A program made the position numbers and the translations under genes. DNA of 64,000 bases from a virus: the IMG/VR virus record IMGVR_UViG_3300043399_000509, one strand, 5' to 3'. Under the pieces are notes generated by a model. That model did not search any database. It saw nothing but the letters and a program-made list of their open reading frames with translations, and was not told the DNA's origin. This document shows positions 49,399-58,590 of this stretch, one piece after another (positions within the stretch are counted from its first letter, which is position 1; every line of letters begins with the position of its first letter).

Positions 49399-50302
49399 TT
49401 TGTTTCATCCCAGACTTGAATATAGACTTGATCATGGACTTGATCGCTGACTTGATCCCAGACTCGACCCATGATTTGATCCCTGACTTGTTCATGGACT
49501 TGATCACTGACTTGATTCCAGACTTGTTCATGGACTTGACGCCGGACTTGATCACTGACTTGTTTTTTCACACTATTCATTTAGTTGATCCCATACTTGA
49601 TTTCTAACTTGAGCCCAAACATGATCCCTGACTTGAACCTCGACTTGATCGCTGATTTGGTCCCAGATTTGATTTCTAATTTGTTCCCAGTCTTGAGACC
49701 AGACTTGATGATAAACACGAGAGGTTCTCAGTTCAGCCCAAGGTTGATCCCAGATATGTTGTTTCAAACTATTCATCTATTTGATCCCAACCTTGATCTC
49801 TAACTTGAAACCAAACCTGTTGATAAACTTGATTACTGGCTTGATTGCTGGTTTGAACCATAACTTGAATACAGACTTGAGATTTGATTTGTTCATAAAC
49901 GTGATCCCAAATCTTAGTTTTAGCTATCTGTCTCACACTATTCATTTCATTTCATCCCAGAGTTGATCATCCAATTGTTCCCAGAATAGAAACCTGACTT
50001 GAGCCCAAACATGATCCCTGACTTGATCAAGGGCTTGATCCCTGACTTGATTCCAGACTTGTTCATGGACTTGATCACTGACTTGAGACCAGACTTGTTT
50101 TTTCACACTATTCATCAATTTGATTCTCGACTTGAGTCCTGACTTGAGTCCTGACTTGAGCACAAACTTGTTTATCAACTTGGGTCCAGACTTGAAACCG
50201 GACTTGATCGTAGACTTGATTACTGACTTGATTATAGACTTGACTATCAACATTAGGCCAGACGTTACTTTTGACTTTGTATTTCACACTATTCATCATC
50301 AT
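49395..50302 (-). repeat. QV-repeat mini-gene block B: 50108-50302, 49942-50115, 49769-49945, 49573-49776, 49395-49580
   Basis: Five coupled MNS ORFs with Q-V-X-Z repeats. Confidence 0.85.
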
Positions 50303-50314
50303 ATCTCCATAATG

Positions 50315-50347
50315 AAGAAGGGGTCCAGTTAGACCAGACCCCCTTTA
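50315..50347 (-). terminator. Hairpin (weak terminator/attenuator) ahead of block B
   Basis: aagggggtctgg-tctaa-ctggacccctt with a short pyrimidine tail. Confidence 0.6.
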
Positions 50348-50351
50348 TGGT

Positions 50352-50690
50352 TTAGTCCTGCACTCGACGGAACCCCTCCGGGGTATACTCACGCTGACGC
50401 CGAACATGATAAGTTCCCTTATCAAACATAATAGGCTCGTGGGTATCGTAACTACGAAGGTGCTCAAGTGCCGTGGGATCATTCACAACGAGGAAGCAAT
50501 CCATAATGGAATCAGGCAGTGAATACATCTTCACCTTCTCTGCTTCCATAACATGGTTGTGACCCGTTTCTGAGTGAGTAACAATCAACTTACCATTTTC
50601 GGGCTTTACTTCCACAACATTTGCAGGAAGTGAGTCAACACGACGAATATACACATCGCCCTGAGCACAAGTATTTTTGAATGTTCGCAT
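50352..50690 (-). CDS. His-rich conserved protein, typical partner of DUF6745 genes
   Basis: QGDV, ETGHNH, EH...THEPI, GTYHVRRQREY...RRVQD. Confidence 0.75.
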   Translation of the reverse strand: MRTFKNTCAQGDVYIRRVDSLPANVVEVKPENGKLIVTHSETGHNHVMEAEKVKMYSLPDSIMDCFLVVNDPTALEHLRSYDTHEPIMFDKGTYHVRRQREYTPEGFRRVQD

Positions 50691-50723
50691 TGTATAGTCT
50701 CCTTTGGTTTTCCATTATGTCTT

Positions 50724-50752
50724 ATAGTAGCATACTATTTAGTGGAAGTCAA
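50724..50752 (-). promoter_or_regulatory. Early sigma70-type promoter
   Basis: TTGACT-17-TACTAT, extended TG. Confidence 0.75.
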
Positions 50753-50904
50753 GTATAAAGTTTCATATAGTTCATTCAAACTTTGAACCCTAACATTATA
50801 AACAAGTTGTGCTGTATCTTCTAACATCCAATGATCAAATTTTGCTTCAATATCAACATGTTCATCAAATTCTGAATGAAATTTTGGAGTAAGATATACC
50901 TTAT

Positions 50905-52379
50905 TCAATCTTCCAGCCATCGTATATCTTCCTGTAGTTGAAATTCTACTGCGGAACGAACTTGTTCGCCCACCATTATATAGACAGGGCGTGGCACACC
51001 ACCACCTACTTGATCGGCAACTTCCTCACATACTACTTCTCCAAAAAAACCGTACAAAGTTGTATAAACCTTTTTTCTCACACTATTCATTGATTTGATC
51101 CCAAACTTCATCCCAGATTTGATCACCAACTTGATCATAGACTTGATCCCAGACATGAATAGTGACTCTATTCCCGATTTGATCCCAGACATGAAACCTG
51201 ACCTGATCCCTAACTTGAACCATGACTTGATCCCTAATTTGAACCTCGACCTGATACCTGACTTGATCATAGACTTGATCGAACACACTATTCATTGATT
51301 TGATTCCTGACTTGATGCCAGACTCGATGTACGATATGACCCCGGACATGATCACTGACCTGATTATCAACTTGAATACTGACTTGTTTCCAGAGTTGGT
51401 CTGTAACTTGAATCCAGTTTTCAGTTTGGATTTGTTCTCTCACACTATTCATGTAACTGATTCCAGATGTGATTTCTGACTTGATTATTGACTTGATCTC
51501 GGACTTGACCCTTGACTTGAGTCCTGACTTGATCATAAATTTGAATACAGGCTTGATGTCTGGTTTGATTCCAAACTTGAATATAAGGTTGCTCCCAAAC
51601 TTGACCTTTCACACTATTCATCAATTTGATTCCAAACTTTATCCCAAGCTTGATCCTCGACTTGATCATAAACTTGATCTTGGACTTGATATATAACTTG
51701 AATCTTAACTTGACTCCTAACTTGATTCTCGACTTTATCCCAGACTTGTTTACCAACTTGATTCTTGATTTGCATCTCAACTTGATCGTTGACTTGGCCG
51801 ACTGGAGTATATATTTGATTCCAAATTTGTTTTTTCACACTATTCATTTGATCTGATTCCATACTTCATCCCAAACTTGATTCCAGACTTGATTCTTGAC
51901 TTGATAACTGTTTTTATTTTCCCAACGCTGCATGATAACGGCTTGATCCCAAGCTTCATTACTTGTTTGATTTTTGACTTGATCCCTGACCTGAATATAG
52001 AGTTGAGACCCAATTTGTTTTGCCATACTATTCATCGATTTGTTCTTTGATTTGAACCATTGTTTTATGTCTAATTTGTTCCCAGAATGGATCACCAACT
52101 TTAATCCAGACTTGAGCCCTGACTTGAACCAAGATTTGATTCTCGACTTGATCCCAAACTTGATCGATGACTTGATACCTGACTTGATTTTTCACACTAT
52201 TCATCGATTTGATCCAAAATTTGAGCCGTAGTTTGATATCTGGCTTGTTCACAAAATTGATCACCGAATTGAGACCAGACTTGAGACCTGATTTGAATAC
52301 ATATTTCATGTCCGGTTTGATTGCAAACTTGAACAAAGATTTGATTCCAGATTTGTTTTCTCACACTATTCATAATCAT
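50905..52379 (-). repeat. QV-repeat mini-gene block C: 52197-52379, 52028-52204, 51844-52035, 51614-51847, 51445-51621, 51288-51452, 51083-51295, 50905-51090
   Basis: Eight consecutive coupled MNS ORFs; the last is degenerate. Confidence 0.85.
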
Positions 52380-52387
52380 ATCTCCAT

Positions 52388-52418
52388 AAAAGTAGAGGGG
52401 GTTTATGCCCCCTCTACC
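52388..52418 (-). terminator. Hairpin terminator ahead of block C
   Basis: gtagagggggc-ataa-accccctctac-tttt. Confidence 0.7.
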
Positions 52419-52431
52419 GGCACTCCCAAGA

Positions 52432-53304
52432 TTAGGTTCGGATTTCAGGTTTCAGGAAACTATCCTTATCAAACCCAAAAGTCCAAGCATTGGCATCCAG
52501 AGCAGTCTTCATATCAGGCGGAACAGGCAACGCAAACTCTCGACCCGTACCACACATAACACGCAGGAACTTCTCCTTACCAATCTCAGGAATTTCTACC
52601 TCAAGCAGTGTACCAATTTCAGGGTCTTCATCTTCATCAAGAACCTGAGCATCAAGGGCCTTGAGAATCTTGTTCCAACCAAGGATTTCACAGGCACAAC
52701 GACGCTGTTCAATGTTTTCCCAAGTTAGAGCAATCTCAGGATTCAACTTTTCCTTGTTCTCAATCCACTCGGCAGGAATGCGAGTACCGTGCCAAGCATA
52801 GACGCAGAAGCCATCACGGTAACGAATCGCTGGACCATCTTCACAGTGAAGTCGGTTCTGATCATCAAACTTGATGCGTTCTGGCCGATCCTGAAACACA
52901 ACCAGATCATCATAGACATTGAGCCAACCACAATGTTTGGCCAGTTCAATGAGACCATTCAACTTATTGCAGCATTCCAGACCGACCACATCACGGAAGT
53001 AGGCATAGAAGGCCAGCCAATAGGCATCGTGAGCACCATAAATCATTTCATTATAGATTTCACGCTTGGTTCGCTTTGGATCAATCTCCTGAATGATACG
53101 AATAGCATCCATAGGACCCTTGGCCGTGAGGAACTTTGTGGGTAGAGGCAAACCAACAAGTTCATATGCCATACACACAGCATCCTTGGCCTTTTCAAAA
53201 TCAACAGGTTCGGTGGATAGACCGATATCAATCCAAGTATCACGGTATTCACCAAACTTGGCCTTCTGTTCTTCAGTGAGTGCTTCAATCTTCTTAGTCG
53301 TCAT
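52432..53304 (-). CDS. DUF6745-like protein
   Basis: GAHDAYWLAFY, CGW, RLHCEDGPAIRYRDG..VYAWHG, NIEQRR, CGTGREFALPVPP. Confidence 0.8.
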   Translation of the reverse strand: MTTKKIEALTEEQKAKFGEYRDTWIDIGLSTEPVDFEKAKDAVCMAYELVGLPLPTKFLTAKGPMDAIRIIQEIDPKRTKREIYNEMIYGAHDAYWLAFYAYFRDVVGLECCNKLNGLIELAKHCGWLNVYDDLVVFQDRPERIKFDDQNRLHCEDGPAIRYRDGFCVYAWHGTRIPAEWIENKEKLNPEIALTWENIEQRRCACEILGWNKILKALDAQVLDEDEDPEIGTLLEVEIPEIGKEKFLRVMCGTGREFALPVPPDMKTALDANAWTFGFDKDSFLKPEIRT

Positions 53305-53339
53305 TGTATAAGTCCTCATTGGTTTCGCATTATGTTTCT

Positions 53340-53368
53340 ACTATAGCATAGGTAAAAAGGAAAGTCAA
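53340..53368 (-). promoter_or_regulatory. Early sigma70-type promoter
   Basis: TTGACT-17-TATAGT, extended TG. Confidence 0.8.
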
Positions 53369-53377
53369 GCGTGATTT

Positions 53378-53903
53378 TTAGTCATAGATTTCATCTACAA
53401 GTCTATCTACAATTTTGTCGTGAACTTCAAAAATTTTATTTTCCAGTGGGCGTTCAATATCTCTCCACACAATATTATTAATCTTTATATCCACTTGAGA
53501 TTCAATTTTAGATGCAACTTCAGCATGACCTTTATGATATATTTGTCTATCAACAGATTTCATTTGGTTTCATCCCAGATTTGATCTTGGGTCAATCCGT
53601 TAACTTGAATAGCCATTTGACCCCAGACTTGATTCTGGCATTCAGCCTGAACTTGAAATGTGGTTTGATATTCAGTTTGATCGGTGACTTGAACCATAGG
53701 TTCACTTCTGATTTGTTTTCTCACACTATTCATTTAGTTTCATCCCAGACTTGATTACTGACTTGAGTAATGGCTTGAGCCAAGTTTTGATCCCTGATTT
53801 GGTCCCATAATTGATCCCAGACTTGATCGCTGACTTTATCCCAAACTTGGTCACTGACTTGAATATAAACTTTATTCCAGATGTGTTTTCTCACACTATT
53901 CAT
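53378..53903 (-). repeat. QV-repeat mini-gene block D: 53730-53903, 53560-53733, 53378-53563 (degenerate)
   Basis: Coupled MNSV/MKSV ORFs, DETK* junctions. Confidence 0.8.
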
Positions 53904-54111
53904 TTTTGTATCCAACAACATCACAAATATCCTCAATAAGATCATAGGCATTTTCAATAACCCGATCACATTGGCCTATTGTTTCAGGGCAAGATATACG
54001 CTGATTCTCAATAAACTTTTCACAAACAACCCAAAGTTTTTTGAGCCGTTCTATATCAATCTCCTGATGTGCCATTCCATCCTCCGTCCTTATATACTTT
54101 ATTTCGCTCAC
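53896..54111 (-). CDS. Hypothetical protein
   Basis: ISCPETI.Q.DRVIENAY...VVGY motif. Confidence 0.6.
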   Translation of the reverse strand: MSEIKYIRTEDGMAHQEIDIERLKKLWVVCEKFIENQRISCPETIGQCDRVIENAYDLIEDICDVVGYKNE

Positions 54112-54253
54112 AGGAAATCTTCATTAGTTCGTCTGCCAGAGCATCCAAGGCATTACGAACACAAAGTTCCATCTCTGTTATTTTTTCTGGCTTCAAATCC
54201 ATCCTACCGACGACACGACGAATGGCAAGTTCAACTACTTCAAAATCATTCAT
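54056..54253 (-). CDS. Hypothetical protein
   Basis: Coupled to the preceding QV gene by ATGA overlap. Confidence 0.5.
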   Translation of the reverse strand: MNDFEVVELAIRRVVGRMDLKPEKITEMELCVRNALDALADELMKISCERNKVYKDGGWNGTSGD

Positions 54254-54435
54254 TTGGTTTCATCCAAAAGTTGGTTACTGACTTGATTTCTGATTTGAAC
54301 CCAGACTTGATCACAGACTTGAACCCAGACTTGATCCATAACTTGTTCATAGATTTGATTACTGGCTTGATTATAGACTTGATCACAGACTTGATCCCGG
54401 ACTTGATCACAGACTTGTTTGCTCAAACTATTCAT
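54250..54435 (-). CDS. QV-repeat mini-protein
   Basis: MNSLSKQVCDQVRDQVCDQVYNQ...DETK. Confidence 0.8.
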   Translation of the reverse strand: MNSLSKQVCDQVRDQVCDQVYNQASNQIYEQVMDQVWVQVCDQVWVQIRNQVSNQLLDETK

Positions 54436-54703
54436 TTGACTTGATCCTGTTATACAAGCGTTTCAACTTATTCAACTCTGGGTGTTTATGTATCCACATA
54501 CCTGTATCTGTTTCAAACTTGGTTTGAAAAAACTTATCCAGTTTTGGATTGTCTGTTTTGATATCTGGTCTAATCTTACGAGACATTTCATCATATTTGG
54601 CATCACTGATTATAGAATCATTCTCAAACTCATATGAGTATGCCGCAACAGAAAGAATGATCCTGTTGCGGCGTTCTATCTCTATTTCGCTTCCCCAAGA
54701 CAT
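54428..54703 (-). CDS. Stand-alone NAD-ligase (LigA) domain Ia-like protein
   Basis: AAYSYE....IISDAKYD motif. Confidence 0.55.
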   Translation of the reverse strand: MSWGSEIEIERRNRIILSVAAYSYEFENDSIISDAKYDEMSRKIRPDIKTDNPKLDKFFQTKFETDTGMWIHKHPELNKLKRLYNRIKSNE

Positions 54704-54975
54704 TAGAAGTCATCATCCAATGGTTTTGGTTCTACTGTTTCGCCCTTATATGATTCAGCAAGTGCCTTTTTTGCCATCTTCATATGATCGTCTCGCTGCC
54801 ACTGAACCTTATCGTGGGATAGTTCAACATAATCATTTGCGATGTAGCGAAGTGTTGCCCGAAGTCGTTCAATCTCATCATTGGCTGATTCAAGTTCCAT
54901 TTTTTTATCACAATATGCTTGCCACAGCATAAGTTGTGATTCTTGGGCAATATCTTCTATTGATTTGTTAGTCAT
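54703..54975 (-). CDS. Hypothetical coiled-coil protein
   Basis: DEIERLRA motif; start trimmed to MTNK. Confidence 0.5.
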   Translation of the reverse strand: MTNKSIEDIAQESQLMLWQAYCDKKMELESANDEIERLRATLRYIANDYVELSHDKVQWQRDDHMKMAKKALAESYKGETVEPKPLDDDF

Positions 54976-55217
54976 TGTCCCATCCTTTCGGGGGAAGAAA
55001 TCCAACCAAGTTCTGTTATGCGTTCTTTTAGTTTTTCATTTTCAGCACGCAAGCGTTCAATCTCATCAATGGCATCATAGACACATTTTGCTTCTGTATA
55101 GGCACCCGTTATATCGCTGCACTCTGCGTATGCTTTCAGCCGTTCAACAACATCAGTCACTATAGACCTACCTACATTTGTGCCGGACATAATAAGATTC
55201 AATGGACCTTTTTTCAT
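54972..55217 (-). CDS. Hypothetical coiled-coil protein
   Basis: DVVERLK...DEIERLRA. Confidence 0.5.
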   Translation of the reverse strand: MKKGPLNLIMSGTNVGRSIVTDVVERLKAYAECSDITGAYTEAKCVYDAIDEIERLRAENEKLKERITELGWISSPERMGQ

Positions 55218-55438
55218 ATCACACTTTCCTTTGAGCCGTAAGCCTCATTGATATTTGCTAATATATCATTGATTTGCTGCTTTGTCAAGCCCGTATATTT
55301 TTTACCATCATACCCATTTTTGTAAAGGGTGTATGTACCATAATCTTCCTTGATGATCAAAAAGTCCATCAAATAGATGGTACTTGAATGAAGTTCTTCA
55401 AAACGATCTCGGTCAATGATCATCATATTATTCAACAT
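55214..55438 (-). CDS. Hypothetical protein
   Basis: Operon context. Confidence 0.45.
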   Translation of the reverse strand: MLNNMMIIDRDRFEELHSSTIYLMDFLIIKEDYGTYTLYKNGYDGKKYTGLTKQQINDILANINEAYGSKESVI

Positions 55439-55439
55439 A

Positions 55440-55820
55440 TCACACTTTCCTTCCCAGGGATTCTACATCAGCACCATCGGTTATGTATTGGTAACTGCCC
55501 TTGTTGCAAATTGGGGCAATCTTTTTCTTCTTGCGTTCTGTCTCGGCAATCACTTCTTCACTTTCATTGCGACCAGACTTCCACTTGTAGTCATCAATAC
55601 TACGCTTGAAGCCATTACCAGGGATGCTGTTAGAAATAGGGGCAACATTTTTGTTCTCCACTTTTAATGATTGAAACTCAACACAAGACTTTTTGTTAGG
55701 TCCAGTATAGCCCACTGACCGTAGAAAAGCAAGATGTTTCTTTTGTGCTTCTGTTTGTACTTTAGTCTTAGGCTGCTTTTTTTTCTTGGGTGGGCGGTTG
55801 CTTACATAAAATATGGCCAT
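55440..55820 (-). CDS. Conserved basic phage protein
   Basis: IAPICNKGSYQYIT...LGRK motif; promoter TTGACT-17-TACTAT at 55853-55881. Confidence 0.65.
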   Translation of the reverse strand: MAIFYVSNRPPKKKKQPKTKVQTEAQKKHLAFLRSVGYTGPNKKSCVEFQSLKVENKNVAPISNSIPGNGFKRSIDDYKWKSGRNESEEVIAETERKKKKIAPICNKGSYQYITDGADVESLGRKV

Positions 55821-55965
55821 AACGGCACTCCCATTTTTGGGTCACTAAATTTATAGTACTACAATATACCGCAGAAGTCAAGCTCGTATGTTATATAAAT
55901 AACAATGTGGTTCACGAGATTGCCGTCTCCAACCACTCTAACACCTTACGAGGAGGTACCAGCAT

Positions 55966-56559
55966 ATGTCTATTTATACCCCATCATTAGAATATTATGT
56001 TTATGCTTATCTAGGAATAGATGGCAAGCCTTATTATATTGGCAAAGGTAAAGGTTATAGGGCTTGGAGCAAACATAAGAAAATTATAGTTCCCGAGGAC
56101 AGGAAAAGGATTGTCATTTGCGAATCTAATCTAACGGAAGTTGGTGCGTTTGCTTTGGAAAGAAGGCTTATTCGTTGGTATGGTAGAAAAAATAATGGCA
56201 CAGGAATATTGAGAAATATGACTGATGGTGGAGAGGGTTTATCTGGTTTAGTATTTACTGAAGAATTAAGAATAAAAATTAGTGAAAGAACATCTGGTGA
56301 AAACCATCATCTCTTTGGTAAGAAGCATAGCGAAGAAACAAAAGAGAAAATAAGACAATCCAGACTAGGTAAAAAACATAGCGAAGAATCTAAACAAAAA
56401 ATGAGTGAAGAAAGAAAAGGTATAAATAACCCCTTCTTTGGTAAGAAACATAGTGATGAAGTTAAACAAATAGTAAGTCTAACAAATAAGAACAAAGTTA
56501 GAACAGAAGAAACAAAAAGAAAAATCAGTATGACAAAAAAGGCTATGCGGCAATTTTAG
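55966..56559 (+). CDS. GIY-YIG-type homing endonuclease with NUMOD3 repeats
   Basis: YVYAY...PYYIGKG, E..LI..YGR, RN.TDGGEG, repeated GKKHSEE. Confidence 0.85.
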   Translation: MSIYTPSLEYYVYAYLGIDGKPYYIGKGKGYRAWSKHKKIIVPEDRKRIVICESNLTEVGAFALERRLIRWYGRKNNGTGILRNMTDGGEGLSGLVFTEELRIKISERTSGENHHLFGKKHSEETKEKIRQSRLGKKHSEESKQKMSEERKGINNPFFGKKHSDEVKQIVSLTNKNKVRTEETKRKISMTKKAMRQF

Positions 56560-56785
56560 ATTGCTCTTGCAATATGCATTTCCAAGTTTGGGTTTTTTCA
56601 TCCCATCTATAATTCAACTGTATCCATTCTACAAGTTGCTTATTATTAAGATTTCTAAAATCATAATTATTATCTCTTTTTATATTGAGATAAAAGGAAA
56701 TACAGATGCCTAACAACTTCTGTTGGTCAAGTAACAAAAATCTATGGATGGCTTCATCCATAGATACAGCATTCGTGTTTTCCAA
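56543..56785 (-). CDS. Hypothetical protein
   Basis: ORF after late promoter 56819-56826. Confidence 0.4.
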   Translation of the reverse strand: MENTNAVSMDEAIHRFLLLDQQKLLGICISFYLNIKRDNNYDFRNLNNKQLVEWIQLNYRWDEKTQTWKCILQEQSKIAA

Positions 56786-56956
56786 TTCAAGTAGACCCCC
56801 AATGAGTTGTTGAGAATGTATTTATAATACTTACCCGTTATAGGTTCCTAATGAAATTGTGCCGATGTATTTCCACTCACCATCAATATATTGCTCAAGT
56901 ATCGTTCCACCAAAATAATCTGTGTTGATTCTTACTTCCATTTCTTTTGGCATATT

Positions 56957-57295
56957 TCATCTTTCAAACTTCTTTTTCAGCCGTTCGTATTCAGCCCGTT
57001 CTTTTTCTTCAGCAATTTTCTTATCTGCTTTTTTCTTGGACATTTCTTCATTCAGCATCTTCAATCTTTTATTATATTCCTTATCAGTCTCAATCCTATC
57101 ACCTAACAAATAAAGCCGTTCTACATCTTCATATCGTAATAGAATCATATCCAATCGTAAATTTTTATAACCGTTTTCAGTATAAATTTTGGAAAGATTT
57201 GATAACATTTCTATTGCTTCATTCAAAGCATAACTATGCAAGTCTATATGAATAAGTTGATCTGTCACATAAATTTTTTCTATTGTTTTCATCAT
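56957..57295 (-). CDS. Hypothetical protein
   Basis: R.ETDKEY...ERAEYERLKKKF motif. Confidence 0.6.
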   Translation of the reverse strand: MMKTIEKIYVTDQLIHIDLHSYALNEAIEMLSNLSKIYTENGYKNLRLDMILLRYEDVERLYLLGDRIETDKEYNKRLKMLNEEMSKKKADKKIAEEKERAEYERLKKKFER

Positions 57296-57425
57296 CTACA
57301 AATCTCACCCACAAACTTGTTGTCTTCACACACAAGACCATCTTCTATGTTATAGACTGAATATAGCATACAGCCGATAACAAGGCAAGAGATAATCGCC
57401 ATATAGATTGTGAAAAATTTCTGTG

Positions 57426-57740
57426 TCATGCCTTGAACCATACATCATTTGTATATGTGACTACATTTTCACTACCATCGTATTCTTCAATACGGAACAT
57501 TGTGCTTTCTGGCAACCATTCAATAGTAATTTGTTCAATACCCCCAACATATGTATCTGGGTATCGTTCTTCTGCCAGAGCATATAGATCACGTTCATTC
57601 ATACCATTCAATACTGCCTCAACAATCACAGGATCAAAAAGCATTTCTGGTTGTGCGGTATTCCAAGAATACCAACCAGCACCATATCCGGGTGAATAGA
57701 GCACTGCCACCATTCCGTCTTTACGATATTTGGGATACAT
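57426..57740 (-). CDS. Conserved phage protein
   Basis: VAVLYSPGYGAGWYSWN...FRIEEYDGSE. Confidence 0.7.
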   Translation of the reverse strand: MYPKYRKDGMVAVLYSPGYGAGWYSWNTAQPEMLFDPVIVEAVLNGMNERDLYALAEERYPDTYVGGIEQITIEWLPESTMFRIEEYDGSENVVTYTNDVWFKA

Positions 57741-57968
57741 TTTTGTCTCCTTAGTTGAAAGCATGTTTACCATTTGCTCTTTTCAAGTACAGCACTTCCA
57801 TCACAATAACCACACCGAACGGCTTTTGGTCCCGAAGATGCTTCAAAAAACATATCTTGTCTCCTTGGAACGTAACCATAGCCGTAACAGAACGGACATG
57901 ATACTTGATTGTCTTTGGGCACTCGTGGTGAACCTGAAAGTAGATAATGGCTGTTCGTCATATTGTTA

Positions 57969-58172
57969 TCACCCGAAAGCATTGTAGTAGGAACTCTCAT
58001 CTTCATATTGTGAATACTTGTGATCTATCACAAGTCGTCCAGTGATTTCTTCAATCTCGGTTTGAAAATCCACAACAGTCATACGAGAACAATCACAGAT
58101 AGGCAAAGCACCATATGCAAGACGATATGTTTCAAGGTAAAGAGCCATCCAAAGATCACGCTTGCTGTTCAT
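57969..58172 (-). CDS. Hypothetical protein with MNS start
   Basis: Coupled to the upstream QV gene by ATGA overlap. Confidence 0.5.
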   Translation of the reverse strand: MNSKRDLWMALYLETYRLAYGALPICDCSRMTVVDFQTEIEEITGRLVIDHKYSQYEDESSYYNAFG

Positions 58173-58529
58173 TTGATTTCCTCCCATACTTGAGCATAGA
58201 TTTGTCTCCAAACCTCATCATAAACCTCATCCACGATTTGAGACCTGACTTGATTATTGACTTGATTGTTGACTTGAGACCAGCCTTGAGCCCAGACTTG
58301 ATCCCTGACTTGTTCCATAACTTGGTCCCAGACTTGATTGCTCACACTATTCATTTTCAATATCCAGGTTATCATAGATTTGATCAAGTATCACACCGTG
58401 GAGATTATCATAGTCAATGGGTGATTCAAAGCACAAAGAAGTCCATAGATTAGCACTAACATATTTTATCAAATGATCAAATGTATCTTGTGTGGCTTTA
58501 TTAGAGACTTTACGATTCAGGCTTTTCAT
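58169..58529 (-). repeat. QV-repeat mini-gene block E: 58347-58529 (degenerate), 58169-58354
   Basis: MNSVSNQVWDQVMEQVRDQV; NE*/MNS junction. Confidence 0.75.
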
Positions 58530-58542
58530 ATCATCACCAAAA

Positions 58543-58583
58543 AAGAACAAAAGAGAGTGGGAATAATGACACTCCCACTCTCT
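58543..58583 (-). terminator. Intrinsic terminator ahead of block E
   Basis: agagagtggga...tcccactctct followed by T-rich tail. Confidence 0.75.
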
Positions 58584-58590
58584 ACTTCCA

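Noticed and set aside
47681-54435. CRISPR array interpretation of the recurring cactattcat / gacttgat motifs
   Set aside because: The conserved joint is only about 10 nt, spacing is irregular (165-345 nt), intervening DNA is itself periodic and coding, and no cas genes are present
47681-54435. Diversity-generating retroelement
   Set aside because: No reverse transcriptase in the window and no TR/VR pair with adenine-specific differences; CAA codons are the conserved positions
47627-54444. Plus-strand LIPD-repeat ORFs
   Set aside because: Antisense shadows of the 12-nt repeat, with no promoters or RBS, opposite to all regional transcription signals
54703-55217. Shared DEIERLRA motif in two adjacent genes
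   Set aside because: A short, common phage coiled-coil motif, insufficient to claim a system
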